A program made the position numbers and the translations under genes. A DNA stretch of 64,000 nt, from contig CAJQIG010000001.1 in NCBI GenBank assembly GCA_905478415.1, positions 245,892-309,891 on the forward strand, read 5' to 3'. This document shows, in pieces, positions 38,029-47,147 of this stretch; position 1 is the first letter of the stretch; each line of letters starts with the position of its first letter. The notes beneath the pieces are model-generated. The model was not told where the DNA came from and ran no database searches. It was given only the letters and a program-made list of their open reading frames with translations. The DNA comes from an uncultured Patescibacteria group bacterium (GTDB lineage Bacteria; Patescibacteriota; Microgenomatia; UBA1400; PJMF01).

Positions 38029-38051
38029 GATTCTGCGTGGAGTCACATAAA
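38029..38051 (+). repeat. attR-side direct repeat of the tRNA-Glu 3' end (displaced or decayed copy)
   Basis: See the mobile_element entry. The one mismatch would break acceptor-stem pairing, consistent with a non-functional remnant. Confidence 0.65.
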
Positions 38052-38298
38052 TCCCCTAACTTAATATTATTGTTTAATTGAATTTAGGAAGTCGCGAATT
38101 TCAGAAGGAAGAGTTTCAATAAGCTGCAGGTTTTCCTAATCATTTAAAATGTAATGAGTTTACTTATCGGAAGACTTTGAGAGTAATTGTAAAATTTTCA
38201 TTTTAATGATTACGTATTAATATACACATAAATGTTATTAAGTATATTATACTCTCAATAGAGTAAGACAAATTTCATGGAGAGCTATAATACTGAAT

Positions 38299-39582
38299 AT
38301 GGAAGAAAAGTTTAAAAAACAATTATGTTTAATGCCTGAGACACACAATCGCCTAAACCAAGCTTTTGTACTTTTTCAAGGTATTAAAGATAACTATCAC
38401 GATGAACTATTATTTACATCCAATTTAAATAATATAATCCAAGCACTGAGAAATGTTACTTTTGTAATGCAAAAAGAGCTTGCGCATACAGAGGGATTTG
38501 AAAACTGGTACAAAAAGAAACAAGATGAAATGCGAGAAGACAAATATCTTAGATGGTCTGTTAAAGCAAGAAACCATGTCGTAAAAGAAGGAGACTTAAA
38601 AAAATTTAGCTACACAAAAGTCAGATTGAAAAACCATTTTGACACAGAACTTTTTGGGGATAGATTAGATCATAAAATATCATTAGGGCATATAGCTGAT
38701 TGGTTTAGACAAAAAGTAAAAATTCCCAAAGAAATTAAGGACTACGCAATAATTGAGGCCGAGCGTATATGGATAATTGAAGACTTTCCTGAATCAGAAG
38801 TTATTGACATAATCATTTACTGCTTTGGATTACTTACTAACCTGGTTTACTTAGCCCATGAAGAGGTACTAGGTATTAATTCACTAGCATGTGAGAAGAA
38901 TACCTATGTTTCTGCTGACGAGGATTATATGGTGAAACTACACAACACCATTGCTGAAGGAAGAATCAATCAAATCTCATATAGTTCTGGTGCAATAATG
39001 ACTAGATCAAGCTTACGAATCACCCTCGCTGAAGATTCATTTAATGAGGTATATAAGAGGTATTCAAAACTTGAAGCAATATTAGAACTAAGTAAAGTAG
39101 AAGCTGGAGACTTACCATTCAACAAAATTCCATACCATATTGAGACCGCAAAACACTTCCTAGAAGTGGATGGTAGTATAATGCCCACTGTTTTTCTTTA
39201 CTTCACAGATAAGCCACCCATAATTCAGGCTTTAGGTTTTAGTCGGCCTACCGACAGGTATTTAATTGCTGAAGATATAGCAAAAAAGATTACGGAGACA
39301 CAATGTGCCGCTGTTGTGTTGGTCACTGAGACTTGGCATGGCAAAATGCCAAAAAATGGAGAAAAATATATTCCTGCATCAGTACAGAAAGCAGGCGAAA
39401 GTATTAGTGTATTCGCTTCATCACCAAAAAGATTAGACAGGTACTCGGTCGAAATCTTACGTGATAAAAATAATAAATCTATAATTGGCGAAGAGAACCA
39501 CAGTAAAAATATGAATCCTGACAACGTACCCTTTTTTAATCGTATCTATGATGTTTGGGCAGATGTAGAGTGGGCAAAATAA
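38299..39582 (+). CDS. Hypothetical cytosolic protein (427 aa), a lone gene in the islet between att-like repeats
   Basis: Long ORF with no TM segments and no recognisable motif. Upstream palindrome TACTCTCAATAGAGTA at about 38255-38270. Confidence 0.5.
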   Translation: MEEKFKKQLCLMPETHNRLNQAFVLFQGIKDNYHDELLFTSNLNNIIQALRNVTFVMQKELAHTEGFENWYKKKQDEMREDKYLRWSVKARNHVVKEGDLKKFSYTKVRLKNHFDTELFGDRLDHKISLGHIADWFRQKVKIPKEIKDYAIIEAERIWIIEDFPESEVIDIIIYCFGLLTNLVYLAHEEVLGINSLACEKNTYVSADEDYMVKLHNTIAEGRINQISYSSGAIMTRSSLRITLAEDSFNEVYKRYSKLEAILELSKVEAGDLPFNKIPYHIETAKHFLEVDGSIMPTVFLYFTDKPPIIQALGFSRPTDRYLIAEDIAKKITETQCAAVVLVTETWHGKMPKNGEKYIPASVQKAGESISVFASSPKRLDRYSVEILRDKNNKSIIGEENHSKNMNPDNVPFFNRIYDVWADVEWAK

Positions 39583-39826
39583 GTTAATTATTTTATGGTA
39601 AGGGTGCATTCTTACGTTGAGTGAAAACTAGACATTTTATATAAAATTTGTTCTCATCACATTAGCCTTATACTCAGTATTTACTTGTTCAAATCCCTAA
39701 ACAGAGTCGTTAAACCCGAGTTACTTGATATCTATTATAAAAGTATCGAACAGATCAACTAAATTAGAAATAACAGAGTTCGGATTCGTGAAGGTTAGGC
39801 TCACCTTGAGGTAATTTTCTCACCTT

Positions 39827-40399
39827 TTATTTTTTATCCGAATTAACTTTGTTTAACTCCATAAGATAAGTGTCTTCTGTATCACCATCCAGCCTTACCG
39901 TCTTAATATACTTAAATCCGACCTTTTCATAAACATGAATAGCTCTTGTATTGCTTGGTTCAGGACCAATCACACACAATTTAATTTTTGGATCAACAAA
40001 AACAACCTGATTCAAAAATTCTGAAAGCATCAAAGATCCAAAACCTTTACCTATATAGCTTTTATCACCTAAAAATAAATCTATGCTTTCAACACTATCA
40101 TCGTAATCTAATATGTTAGACCAATCCTCCCAATCTTTTATAAAGTACTTTTGTATATAACCAACTGGTTTGTTATCATACAAAACATAAAAACAATCAG
40201 TTGGTTTCTCACCTTTAATCTTAGGTAAATATCTTCTTGAAACATTATCTAAAGTAATTTCTTTATCTTTATCATAGAACTCATGAACATGAGAGCTGCG
40301 AAGCCATTTGAAAAGAAGCTTGAGATCTCCAGCAACTAAAGGTCTAAATGTAATTTTTTGTTTATCAAAATGATTGTTCATATATATTGATCTTATCAC
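39827..40399 (-). CDS. GNAT acetyltransferase with AAC(6')-type aminoglycoside N-acetyltransferase motifs
   Basis: Motif blocks recalled from AAC(6')-Ie: LKLLFKWLRSSHVHEFY, PVGYIQKY, FLGDKSYIGKGFGSLMLSEFL, GPEPSNTRAIHVYEKVGFKYI, EDTYLMEL. The probable true start is the ATG at 40381 (MNNHF); 40399 is a GTG. Confidence 0.65.
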   Translation of the reverse strand: MIRSIYMNNHFDKQKITFRPLVAGDLKLLFKWLRSSHVHEFYDKDKEITLDNVSRRYLPKIKGEKPTDCFYVLYDNKPVGYIQKYFIKDWEDWSNILDYDDSVESIDLFLGDKSYIGKGFGSLMLSEFLNQVVFVDPKIKLCVIGPEPSNTRAIHVYEKVGFKYIKTVRLDGDTEDTYLMELNKVNSDKK

Positions 40400-40701
40400 T
40401 ATAATATGTAAAAGGTTTATTGTTCAATTACTGGTAGGAATGTATGTAGTTGGCAGGATACTACAGGTTATTCACATCTGGAGCAAAGATTGTTAAGTAC
40501 TCAACCAGATCAGCTATTACTCTGTTCGGATTCTGGATCTCTAGGGTCTCAAAGCAATTAAGTATTAAGAATATTATATTTTTTATGTATTCTGTTACTT
40601 CTGGCGACATTATATACAATTTTTTGTTAAATTTATAAGAAATTAGTGCGATAATGTATTTGAGCTCCATATTTCATATCTTTTTGCTAAAATGTACCTA
40701 A

Positions 40702-41445
40702 ATGCTTACAAACATCTCACACACTGCTTTTTTATCAGCTCCACTTATTTCTCTCTTAGATGACAATCTAAAGGCAAAAAAGAAAGAACATCAAGATCAT
40801 CACCAATTCTATGCTCGAATTGTTCAGATAGCAGCGCAACACCAAGTCTCTGTCTATGAACCTTCAAAGTATATGGATCCAGACCTGCATGATTATATTC
40901 GTCCAGAACAAATCTATCAAAAAAATAGGGATATCATCCGTACTAGTGATCTACTTATTGCTTATGTGGGAAAAGTATCTGCAGGAGTTGGAATGGAAAT
41001 TGAAATTGCAAATTCTTTTCGTATACCTGTTATTTTGCTCTATGAAAATGATTCATATAATAAAGTAAGCAGAATGGTATTAGGTTGTAGAATGGCAAAA
41101 CATCAAATTTCAGCTAATTCACTTTTAGAACTAAGTACTTCATTTGAAAATAAATTCCCTTCAATACTTTCTGAGATTGAAGAAGAGAGAATGTATGTAC
41201 TTACTCCTAAAAAAACAAATCTAATCAAACAACTAGTTGCTATTCATAACGCTTCATCCCTCAGCATTGGACAAGTAGCAATAAGAGCAAGCATAGACAA
41301 AAGTTATATTTCTCGTTTACTCAACGAAAAAATCAGTAATCCTGGTAGGGATCAAATAATTAGACTTTGTGCCTGGGGTTGGAAAATTGACTTTGCTCGC
41401 ACCAATGAATTACTACACGATGCAGGGTATGAACAACTCTGGTAA
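40702..41445 (+). CDS. Fusion protein: N-terminal nucleoside-2-deoxyribosyltransferase-like (NDT/SLOG-fold) domain plus C-terminal XRE-type HTH
   Basis: NDT-like core SDLLIAYVGKVSAGVGMEIEIANSFRIPVILLYE. C-terminal HTH SIGQVAIRASIDKSYISRLLNEK. Confidence 0.5.
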   Translation: MLTNISHTAFLSAPLISLLDDNLKAKKKEHQDHHQFYARIVQIAAQHQVSVYEPSKYMDPDLHDYIRPEQIYQKNRDIIRTSDLLIAYVGKVSAGVGMEIEIANSFRIPVILLYENDSYNKVSRMVLGCRMAKHQISANSLLELSTSFENKFPSILSEIEEERMYVLTPKKTNLIKQLVAIHNASSLSIGQVAIRASIDKSYISRLLNEKISNPGRDQIIRLCAWGWKIDFARTNELLHDAGYEQLW

Positions 41446-41525
41446 GGTTGTTTTTTATTGTTCATGCAACGGTCTTCAACAGATTTTCTAGAATCATGCT
41501 GTTATTATTCTTTCAACGCTAAAGT

Positions 41526-42305
41526 TTGGAGAAAAATATGTGCTTAGAAAACAAATCACAATGCCCACACATGAATGCTGTACAAGAAAAACTTACACAA
41601 CATACAGAGTACGATACTGTCCATACTAACGCAGACTTAAATGAGGATGATAAAACTATATCAATACAAAACCTTTGGCATAAAAAAGGGTATAACGGCT
41701 GTATCTTTTCACAAGTTATTGCGCAGTCTCCCTCAGAATATGAATGGCAGGCTTCTGTGGTTCATAACTTAGATAGTACTAGTGGTCAAGAAATAGATAG
41801 CTTAATTAACCAAGCAATTGAAAACCCCGCAGTGCGATTATTAAGTATCATTTTTCCTACAGTTCAAACACAAGAAGATCTTACTAGATTAGTCGAAATT
41901 TTATGCTATGAAACAGCCAGTATGCACCTTCTTAATGACGAATCATTAAATAGCTTTGTTGCATTATCTTTCAGAGTAGCATTAGAAAATGATGAGGTAT
42001 TAGCATGGGTCATGGGATTTGGCCCACACGAATCTTTTGCTAAAACTAGACAATCACCATATACTGAAATTGTAATTCCAGTTAAACCAAAACCTGATGA
42101 TACGTATCATAGGCACAATAATGATAAAAGCTCTGCTCATGTTGCAGATCAACATATTGATCTTGATGAGAAAGTAATGGATCGACTTTGGGATAATACT
42201 TACAAAAAAACTAGAAAAGTATTAGGTCACGAACCAGATCTTTTTTCCGGAGCAAGAACTACATTTACTATACCTGAAAATGATTGGGTAAAAATTAAAC
42301 GCTAA
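41526..42305 (+). CDS. Hypothetical protein (259 aa); possible YqcI/YcgG-like family member
   Basis: Conserved-looking KGYNGCIFSQ and WVMGFGPHESF blocks. Family assignment is from memory only. Confidence 0.35.
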   Translation: MEKNMCLENKSQCPHMNAVQEKLTQHTEYDTVHTNADLNEDDKTISIQNLWHKKGYNGCIFSQVIAQSPSEYEWQASVVHNLDSTSGQEIDSLINQAIENPAVRLLSIIFPTVQTQEDLTRLVEILCYETASMHLLNDESLNSFVALSFRVALENDEVLAWVMGFGPHESFAKTRQSPYTEIVIPVKPKPDDTYHRHNNDKSSAHVADQHIDLDEKVMDRLWDNTYKKTRKVLGHEPDLFSGARTTFTIPENDWVKIKR

Positions 42306-42313
42306 AGGAAAAT

Positions 42314-42829
42314 ATGTCAGTAGAAAGAAACTTTAAATTATCAGAGTATGATCTCAAAACCTACACTCTCATTTATCTAATAAGTCAGGGCATGATCTTA
42401 CTCTTGCAAAGAGATGATGGCAAATCAGATATGGCTGGAAAAATCACAGGCCTTGGTGGAAAAATTGAGCAAGGTGAATCACTACTAGACTCTGCAAAAA
42501 GAGAATTTTATGAAGAAAGTGGTTTACACATTCACGACCCAGAGTTAAAAGGCACCTTTCAATGGTTAGATGAATCTAAAAAGATATGCATGACACACAT
42601 CATATTTGCACGCCAATATTCTGGAGAATTACTAGAAGAAAATCGAGAGGGAATCTTAGCTTGGTATCTTATAGCAAAACTACAAGAAATTGAAACATTG
42701 GCACAATACCAAATGATGTTTTTACCTTATCTTCTGGAAGATAGTAACCATTTTTACTCTGGCATAGGGGAATTTAGAAATGAAGAATTGATAGATTATA
42801 TTGATTCAAAAGGAGGAAAGAATGTCTGA
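42314..42829 (+). CDS. NUDIX hydrolase
   Basis: Nudix box GGKIEQGESLLDSAKREFYEESGL (Gx5Ex7REUxEExGU). Confidence 0.85.
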   Translation: MSVERNFKLSEYDLKTYTLIYLISQGMILLLQRDDGKSDMAGKITGLGGKIEQGESLLDSAKREFYEESGLHIHDPELKGTFQWLDESKKICMTHIIFARQYSGELLEENREGILAWYLIAKLQEIETLAQYQMMFLPYLLEDSNHFYSGIGEFRNEELIDYIDSKGGKNV

Positions 42830-43226
42830 GAAAATTACTATTTGTGGTTCGATGCAATTTGCGAAAGAAATGATTCATCTTAAACATCAACTGGAAGATT
42901 TAGGCTGGATTGTCCTTACACCAGATTTTTCAGAAAAATCATCTACATATGAAAGTCTTCCATCCGACGAAAAAATAGAAGTAAAAAAGGAAATGATTAG
43001 TAACCACTTTAGTCGTATCAAACAATCAACAGCAATTCTTGTAGCAAATTATGATAAAAAAGGAATTAAGGGATATACTGGCTCAAATACACTTATGGAA
43101 ATTGCGGTAGCCCATGTTCTACAGATAGAAATTTATGTTCTCAACACACTTGGTGAACAAGTATGTCAAGAAGAAGTAACTGCTCTTACAACTAGATTTC
43201 TCGATGGTAACTTAAAAAATATCTAA
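42822..43226 (+). CDS. Nucleoside-2-deoxyribosyltransferase-like (NDT/YtoQ/SLOG-fold) protein, 134 aa
   Basis: Perfect SD AGGAGGA 4 nt before the ATG at 42822. Pattern KITICGSMQF...GWIVLTPD...AILVANYDKKGIKGYTGSNTLMEIAVAH matches NDT-fold proteins. Confidence 0.5.
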   Translation: MSEKITICGSMQFAKEMIHLKHQLEDLGWIVLTPDFSEKSSTYESLPSDEKIEVKKEMISNHFSRIKQSTAILVANYDKKGIKGYTGSNTLMEIAVAHVLQIEIYVLNTLGEQVCQEEVTALTTRFLDGNLKNI

Positions 43227-43236
43227 ACATCTTACA

Positions 43237-43932
43237 ATGAAAACTCCTGAAATCTACAATCAGTCTTCAGTATCACATAATGAGCAGGGAAAACCTTACA
43301 TTAGAGTGAATTTAGCCGGTCAAGAAGTTGATCTACCTATGCAGACCGTTATCACTAACTCGTCCGAGTTACTACTTGCATGGGTTGATGCAAAACGAGA
43401 AGAAATAACAACCTATGGAGCTTTAGCACTATCTAAGTTGCTTGATGAAGTTAATCCAAGCATTGTCATATCACCATTTTCATCAAAATCTATCCCAATG
43501 GCGGTTCAAGCAGTGAATGATTGGAATAAAAGACAGAATAATGATGTGCCTCTACTTATACTCAGTGGCGGAAAAGATGAAAAATTAGTAAAATCTCAGA
43601 CTGGTAGTGATGGTTTTTCCATGAACTATAATCCCGTCACCTCAACCCAGCAAGCAAAATATATTGGCTTATCTCAGCAGCATGCACAATTAATTCAAAA
43701 TGTAATTTCAGCTGGAAATAAAGTTGCAATAATTGATGATGTATATGGAACTGGGGCAACTGTAAATGCCGTAAGAAAAATTATTGAAGTAGCAACACAA
43801 CGTAAAATTGAAGATTCTCAACTCCCTATAATAGTCGTAGCGCGTGAGGTAGAAGGTAAGTATGAAGAACAACTTATTCATTCTGTCTTAGCCTCAATAA
43901 TAATTCCAATTATTAGAGTTATTTCTGAATAA
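43237..43932 (+). CDS. Type I phosphoribosyltransferase-domain protein (PRPP-binding motif near the C-terminus; ComF/APRT-like)
   Basis: PRT motif VAIIDDVYGTGATVNAV preceded by an uncharacterised N-terminal region of about 160 aa. Confidence 0.65.
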   Translation: MKTPEIYNQSSVSHNEQGKPYIRVNLAGQEVDLPMQTVITNSSELLLAWVDAKREEITTYGALALSKLLDEVNPSIVISPFSSKSIPMAVQAVNDWNKRQNNDVPLLILSGGKDEKLVKSQTGSDGFSMNYNPVTSTQQAKYIGLSQQHAQLIQNVISAGNKVAIIDDVYGTGATVNAVRKIIEVATQRKIEDSQLPIIVVAREVEGKYEEQLIHSVLASIIIPIIRVISE

Positions 43933-43933
43933 G

Positions 43934-44239
43934 TTAGGTATTAAAAATAAAGTAATCGTACAAGAACATCGCCAACCAAATAAAGAAAATCGAGGTAATA
44001 GTATACGCAAGTTTTCTATTCCATCCCCACCTTAACTGCACCAAAGAACCAACTAAAAAAATAAATTCAAAAGGATACGTAATTATGTCACAGTAGCTAC
44101 TGCACCAATTTTTTTCCATGGTTACAACTTCTGTTGCAAAACTAGTAAATCCTAAAGTTTGCTGCAGATCTCGGACAATATGAAAGAGTGAAAAAAACAC
44201 TAGAAAACTAAAAAAGTATTTATATGAATTCTTTTTCAT
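43934..44239 (-). CDS. Small membrane protein (101 aa, 3 TM)
   Basis: Hydrophobic helices (FFSFLVFFSLFHIV, FIFLVGSLVQL, IFFIWLAMFLY). Confidence 0.4.
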   Translation of the reverse strand: MKKNSYKYFFSFLVFFSLFHIVRDLQQTLGFTSFATEVVTMEKNWCSSYCDIITYPFEFIFLVGSLVQLRWGWNRKLAYTITSIFFIWLAMFLYDYFIFNT

Positions 44240-44636
44240 ATTATCTATAGTATAACTTCTACAGGATTTCCTTCTATCTCAATTGTACTAACACTACCAA
44301 ATGAAAACACAAGGCCCATCTCTAAGAACAGTGCATTTGTATTTTGATCTCAATAACTCAGATATAACATCCGTAATAAATATGCATAGTCTCTAACATT
44401 GGGTGTTCCTACTTCTAGTTTTTCAAATAAAGCATCTCGTTTAGTGGAAACGTACCAACTTTTCAACTCATCCATGTCCTTAATAAAAAGGAAAGGATCT
44501 AGATACTCAGAATCAACTTGTCTATATGTGGGATCAGTGCTTACCTTATCATTAGTGGGAGGTACCCCCAGCTGTCTAAACTAACACTGTTTCCTTCTTG
44601 TACTTAGAGTCAATCTCTTTAGTTAGCAACAACAAC

Positions 44637-45662
44637 TCAACTATCCTCTAAGTGTCTAAAAAATGGGCTATGACGTGTGAAGGGATTGATTGAATATTCG
44701 GTAGAGTGGAATTTTCCCAGCGGGGCATGAGCCGGAAACCTTGTGGGATCAATCGTCACAACTGGCAAAGTAAAACTTCGATACGTATCAAGGTTATTCC
44801 AAAAATCTAAAATTGTAAATATTTTTCCAAGTCTCTCACCCAATAATGAGTCTTCTTTGGGATGAACAACATCACCTCTCAGCGGCTCGTCTCTCACTTT
44901 CCCGCCACGGCTAAATCCAATCATTTTTACCCCTACCCCTCGCTGTCGGTATTCCCACATATTTTTCTGAAACCTGTCAAAAACTACTTCGTCAGGTAAC
45001 CTATTAATTTGATTTGGTTCATCAAGAAAAAGAAATAGCTCATTAAAATCTTTGTACCACTGTGCGCTTATTTGTTCTAGTAATTCGTATACACCCAAAT
45101 ACAATGGGTAATCACCAACCGGAATGCCCCCTACATACGTACACATGTTATTTTCTTCAGCTGCTTTTTTTTGTGCTGCAATGAATTGAATATTTTTTGA
45201 AAAGCTGACAATATATGCAGGATTGATATACTCGATTAATTTTTTTTGTAGTTCAACACCCCTCCCCTTACCAGCATGCTTTGGGTCAATATATAAGGTG
45301 TTAATATATAAAACACTCGTCCCCACACACATTTTATGGTGTCGTTTATTCCATTTTTCTTTTAAAACATTCTCTTCAAAATCATCTAAGATAGCACCTT
45401 TTGGCCTGATTCCCACCATTCTCTGTGTGTACTCAGCTGCGCCAATAACTTCACCGTTACTCTCAAGAGTCATTATATGTGTGTTTCCAGCTAGCCACTT
45501 TCTATAATCTTCTTCTTTATTTGGTGGTCTCCCAAATGCGTTGGCATTTACCAACCAAACTTTTTCTAGTAAAGAGCTTTTCCTAACGTTGGTTAACAAC
45601 TCTTCAACTTCATGAATTGAGATGCGAGGAATCTTAAGGTATTCGTATTGCTCTGGTTTCAT
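44637..45662 (-). CDS. Hypothetical protein with a GNAT-like acetyltransferase motif in the central region
   Basis: YIDPKHAGKGRGVELQKKLIEY resembles GNAT motif A. The remainder is unassigned. Confidence 0.4.
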   Translation of the reverse strand: MKPEQYEYLKIPRISIHEVEELLTNVRKSSLLEKVWLVNANAFGRPPNKEEDYRKWLAGNTHIMTLESNGEVIGAAEYTQRMVGIRPKGAILDDFEENVLKEKWNKRHHKMCVGTSVLYINTLYIDPKHAGKGRGVELQKKLIEYINPAYIVSFSKNIQFIAAQKKAAEENNMCTYVGGIPVGDYPLYLGVYELLEQISAQWYKDFNELFLFLDEPNQINRLPDEVVFDRFQKNMWEYRQRGVGVKMIGFSRGGKVRDEPLRGDVVHPKEDSLLGERLGKIFTILDFWNNLDTYRSFTLPVVTIDPTRFPAHAPLGKFHSTEYSINPFTRHSPFFRHLEDS

Positions 45663-45704
45663 ATCCCATATTATATCAGAACCTTATCTTAATTAGGAAA
45701 TTTA

Positions 45705-47132
45705 CTATTCAACCTTAATAACTGTCAACATACCTGCTTCAGCATGCTCTAAGACATGACAATGACTGACCCACGTGCCCTCATCGAGCGGAATCACTCC
45801 AATATCAATAACTTCTTTTGATTTTACTAAAACAGTGTCACGAAGATATGGTTCATCTACTGGTTCTCCATTTCTTGATAAAACTTTAAAAAATTGTCCA
45901 TGTAAATGCATTGGGTGTAATCTAGATGAGGCATTTGTGAAACGTATCACAGTAAACTCACCTTTTTTTAATATAATTGGGTCGTAATCTGGGTACGCTT
46001 TGCCATTAATTGTCCATTCAATGCCATATTGACCACCTCTTCTAGCATCAAGCACATACTCTTGGTTAATTTGCAAAGTATTTGTAGCATTCCAATCAGG
46101 AAATATTTGGGCTGTTGGAGTGGTAAACTCTTGAGCTTCAATAACTGTTCCATCAATTAAGATGCGAACCAAGCTATTTGTCTCTCGCGTAAAGATATCC
46201 CTGATAGAATACTGTTTTCTCTGAGATTCTAAAGGAATAGTGATATCAACATCTATTCTATTTCCGGGTGATAACTCAAATCCACTTGCAGAAAACGGTT
46301 CTTTTGAGAGCATGCCATCAACAGCAAAGCCTTTTACATCTAAACCACCAAAATCAAGTTGATACACTCTAGCATTCGATGTATTTACAAATCGCAGTCT
46401 TACTCGCTCTCCCGCCTTAGCATTCAGCGTATAGTCTGACAAACCATTAACGGTAACAATGTTCCCCCAGCGACCATCATGCATTAAGTCATGTCCAGTA
46501 TTAAAGCGTGAATCAATTTGGCCAGTTTGATCAATTCTCCAATCGTCAAGGATGACAACTTTGTCTTGATCATAGGTTGGTTCCTCAGGATCTTCTACAA
46601 CAATGGTTCCATATAACCCTCGTTCCACTTGTTCGCTTCCTCTAACATGTGGGTGGTACCAAAAAGTACCAGCATCTTTAGGAACAAATTCATAAATAAA
46701 TTTTTCACCTGGCTTTATCGGCTCTTGAGTTACTCCAGGAACACCATCCATAGCATTAGGGACTCTGATACCATGAAAATGAATTGTTGTTTCTTGAGGA
46801 AGGTTATTTTCAAAGTTAATTTTAAGCGTATCACCTTTTGAAACTCTGATTTCGGGACCTGGAACTTGTCCATTGTATGTCCAGACATCAATTGGGTTGC
46901 TCGCAAATAAATCTAGCGTTGCTTTTTTAGCAACCAAAGTAAATTCTTTGGTCACTCCGTTAGGTTCAATATCTTCTAGGTATGCGTTTTCATATATAGA
47001 AGAAGAGTTGGTCTGCAGATTTTTTTTCAGATATTTGGTTATAAAAAAAGACAGGAGCAATAAAAAAAAGAGTAAAAATACAAATTTTAATTGGGTACTT
47101 TTCGAATATATTGGGTTATTCTTATCTATCAT
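45705..47132 (-). CDS. Multicopper oxidase (CueO/CopA/laccase family), copy 2
   Basis: HFHG, YHPH, HPMHLHG and HCHVLEHAEAGM copper motifs. Paralogue of 23863-25296. Confidence 0.9.
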   Translation of the reverse strand: MIDKNNPIYSKSTQLKFVFLLFFLLLLSFFITKYLKKNLQTNSSSIYENAYLEDIEPNGVTKEFTLVAKKATLDLFASNPIDVWTYNGQVPGPEIRVSKGDTLKINFENNLPQETTIHFHGIRVPNAMDGVPGVTQEPIKPGEKFIYEFVPKDAGTFWYHPHVRGSEQVERGLYGTIVVEDPEEPTYDQDKVVILDDWRIDQTGQIDSRFNTGHDLMHDGRWGNIVTVNGLSDYTLNAKAGERVRLRFVNTSNARVYQLDFGGLDVKGFAVDGMLSKEPFSASGFELSPGNRIDVDITIPLESQRKQYSIRDIFTRETNSLVRILIDGTVIEAQEFTTPTAQIFPDWNATNTLQINQEYVLDARRGGQYGIEWTINGKAYPDYDPIILKKGEFTVIRFTNASSRLHPMHLHGQFFKVLSRNGEPVDEPYLRDTVLVKSKEVIDIGVIPLDEGTWVSHCHVLEHAEAGMLTVIKVE

Positions 47133-47147
47133 TACTATCTAGATTTG

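Larger units (their letters stand above)
9511..38051. mobile_element. Candidate integrative conjugative element (about 28.5 kb) inserted in the 3' half of tRNA-Glu, bounded by a 23-bp imperfect direct repeat of the tRNA 3' end
   Basis: Copy 1 at 9511-9533 (GATTCTGCGTGGGGTCACCTAAA, tRNA positions 55-72 plus 6 nt) versus copy 2 at 38029-38051 (GATTCTGCGTGGAGTCACATAAA), 21/23 identical in direct orientation. The content is integrase, T4CP, Replic_Relax and a minimal T4SS. GC content is lower than in the flanking core. Confidence 0.65.

Noticed and set aside
40702-41445. Possible retron, since an NDT-like domain fused to a DNA-binding domain resembles retron type II effectors
   Set aside because: No reverse-transcriptase gene and no msr/msd-like inverted repeats within several kb. 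The Nudix/PRTase context points elsewhere.
44399-44584. 61-aa plus-strand ORF and a TTGATTCTGAG tRNA-like match at 44507-44521
   Set aside because: The ORF has no RBS or motif. The tRNA-like match is in inverse orientation to the tRNA and only 11/13 nt, so it is probably chance in AT-rich DNA.
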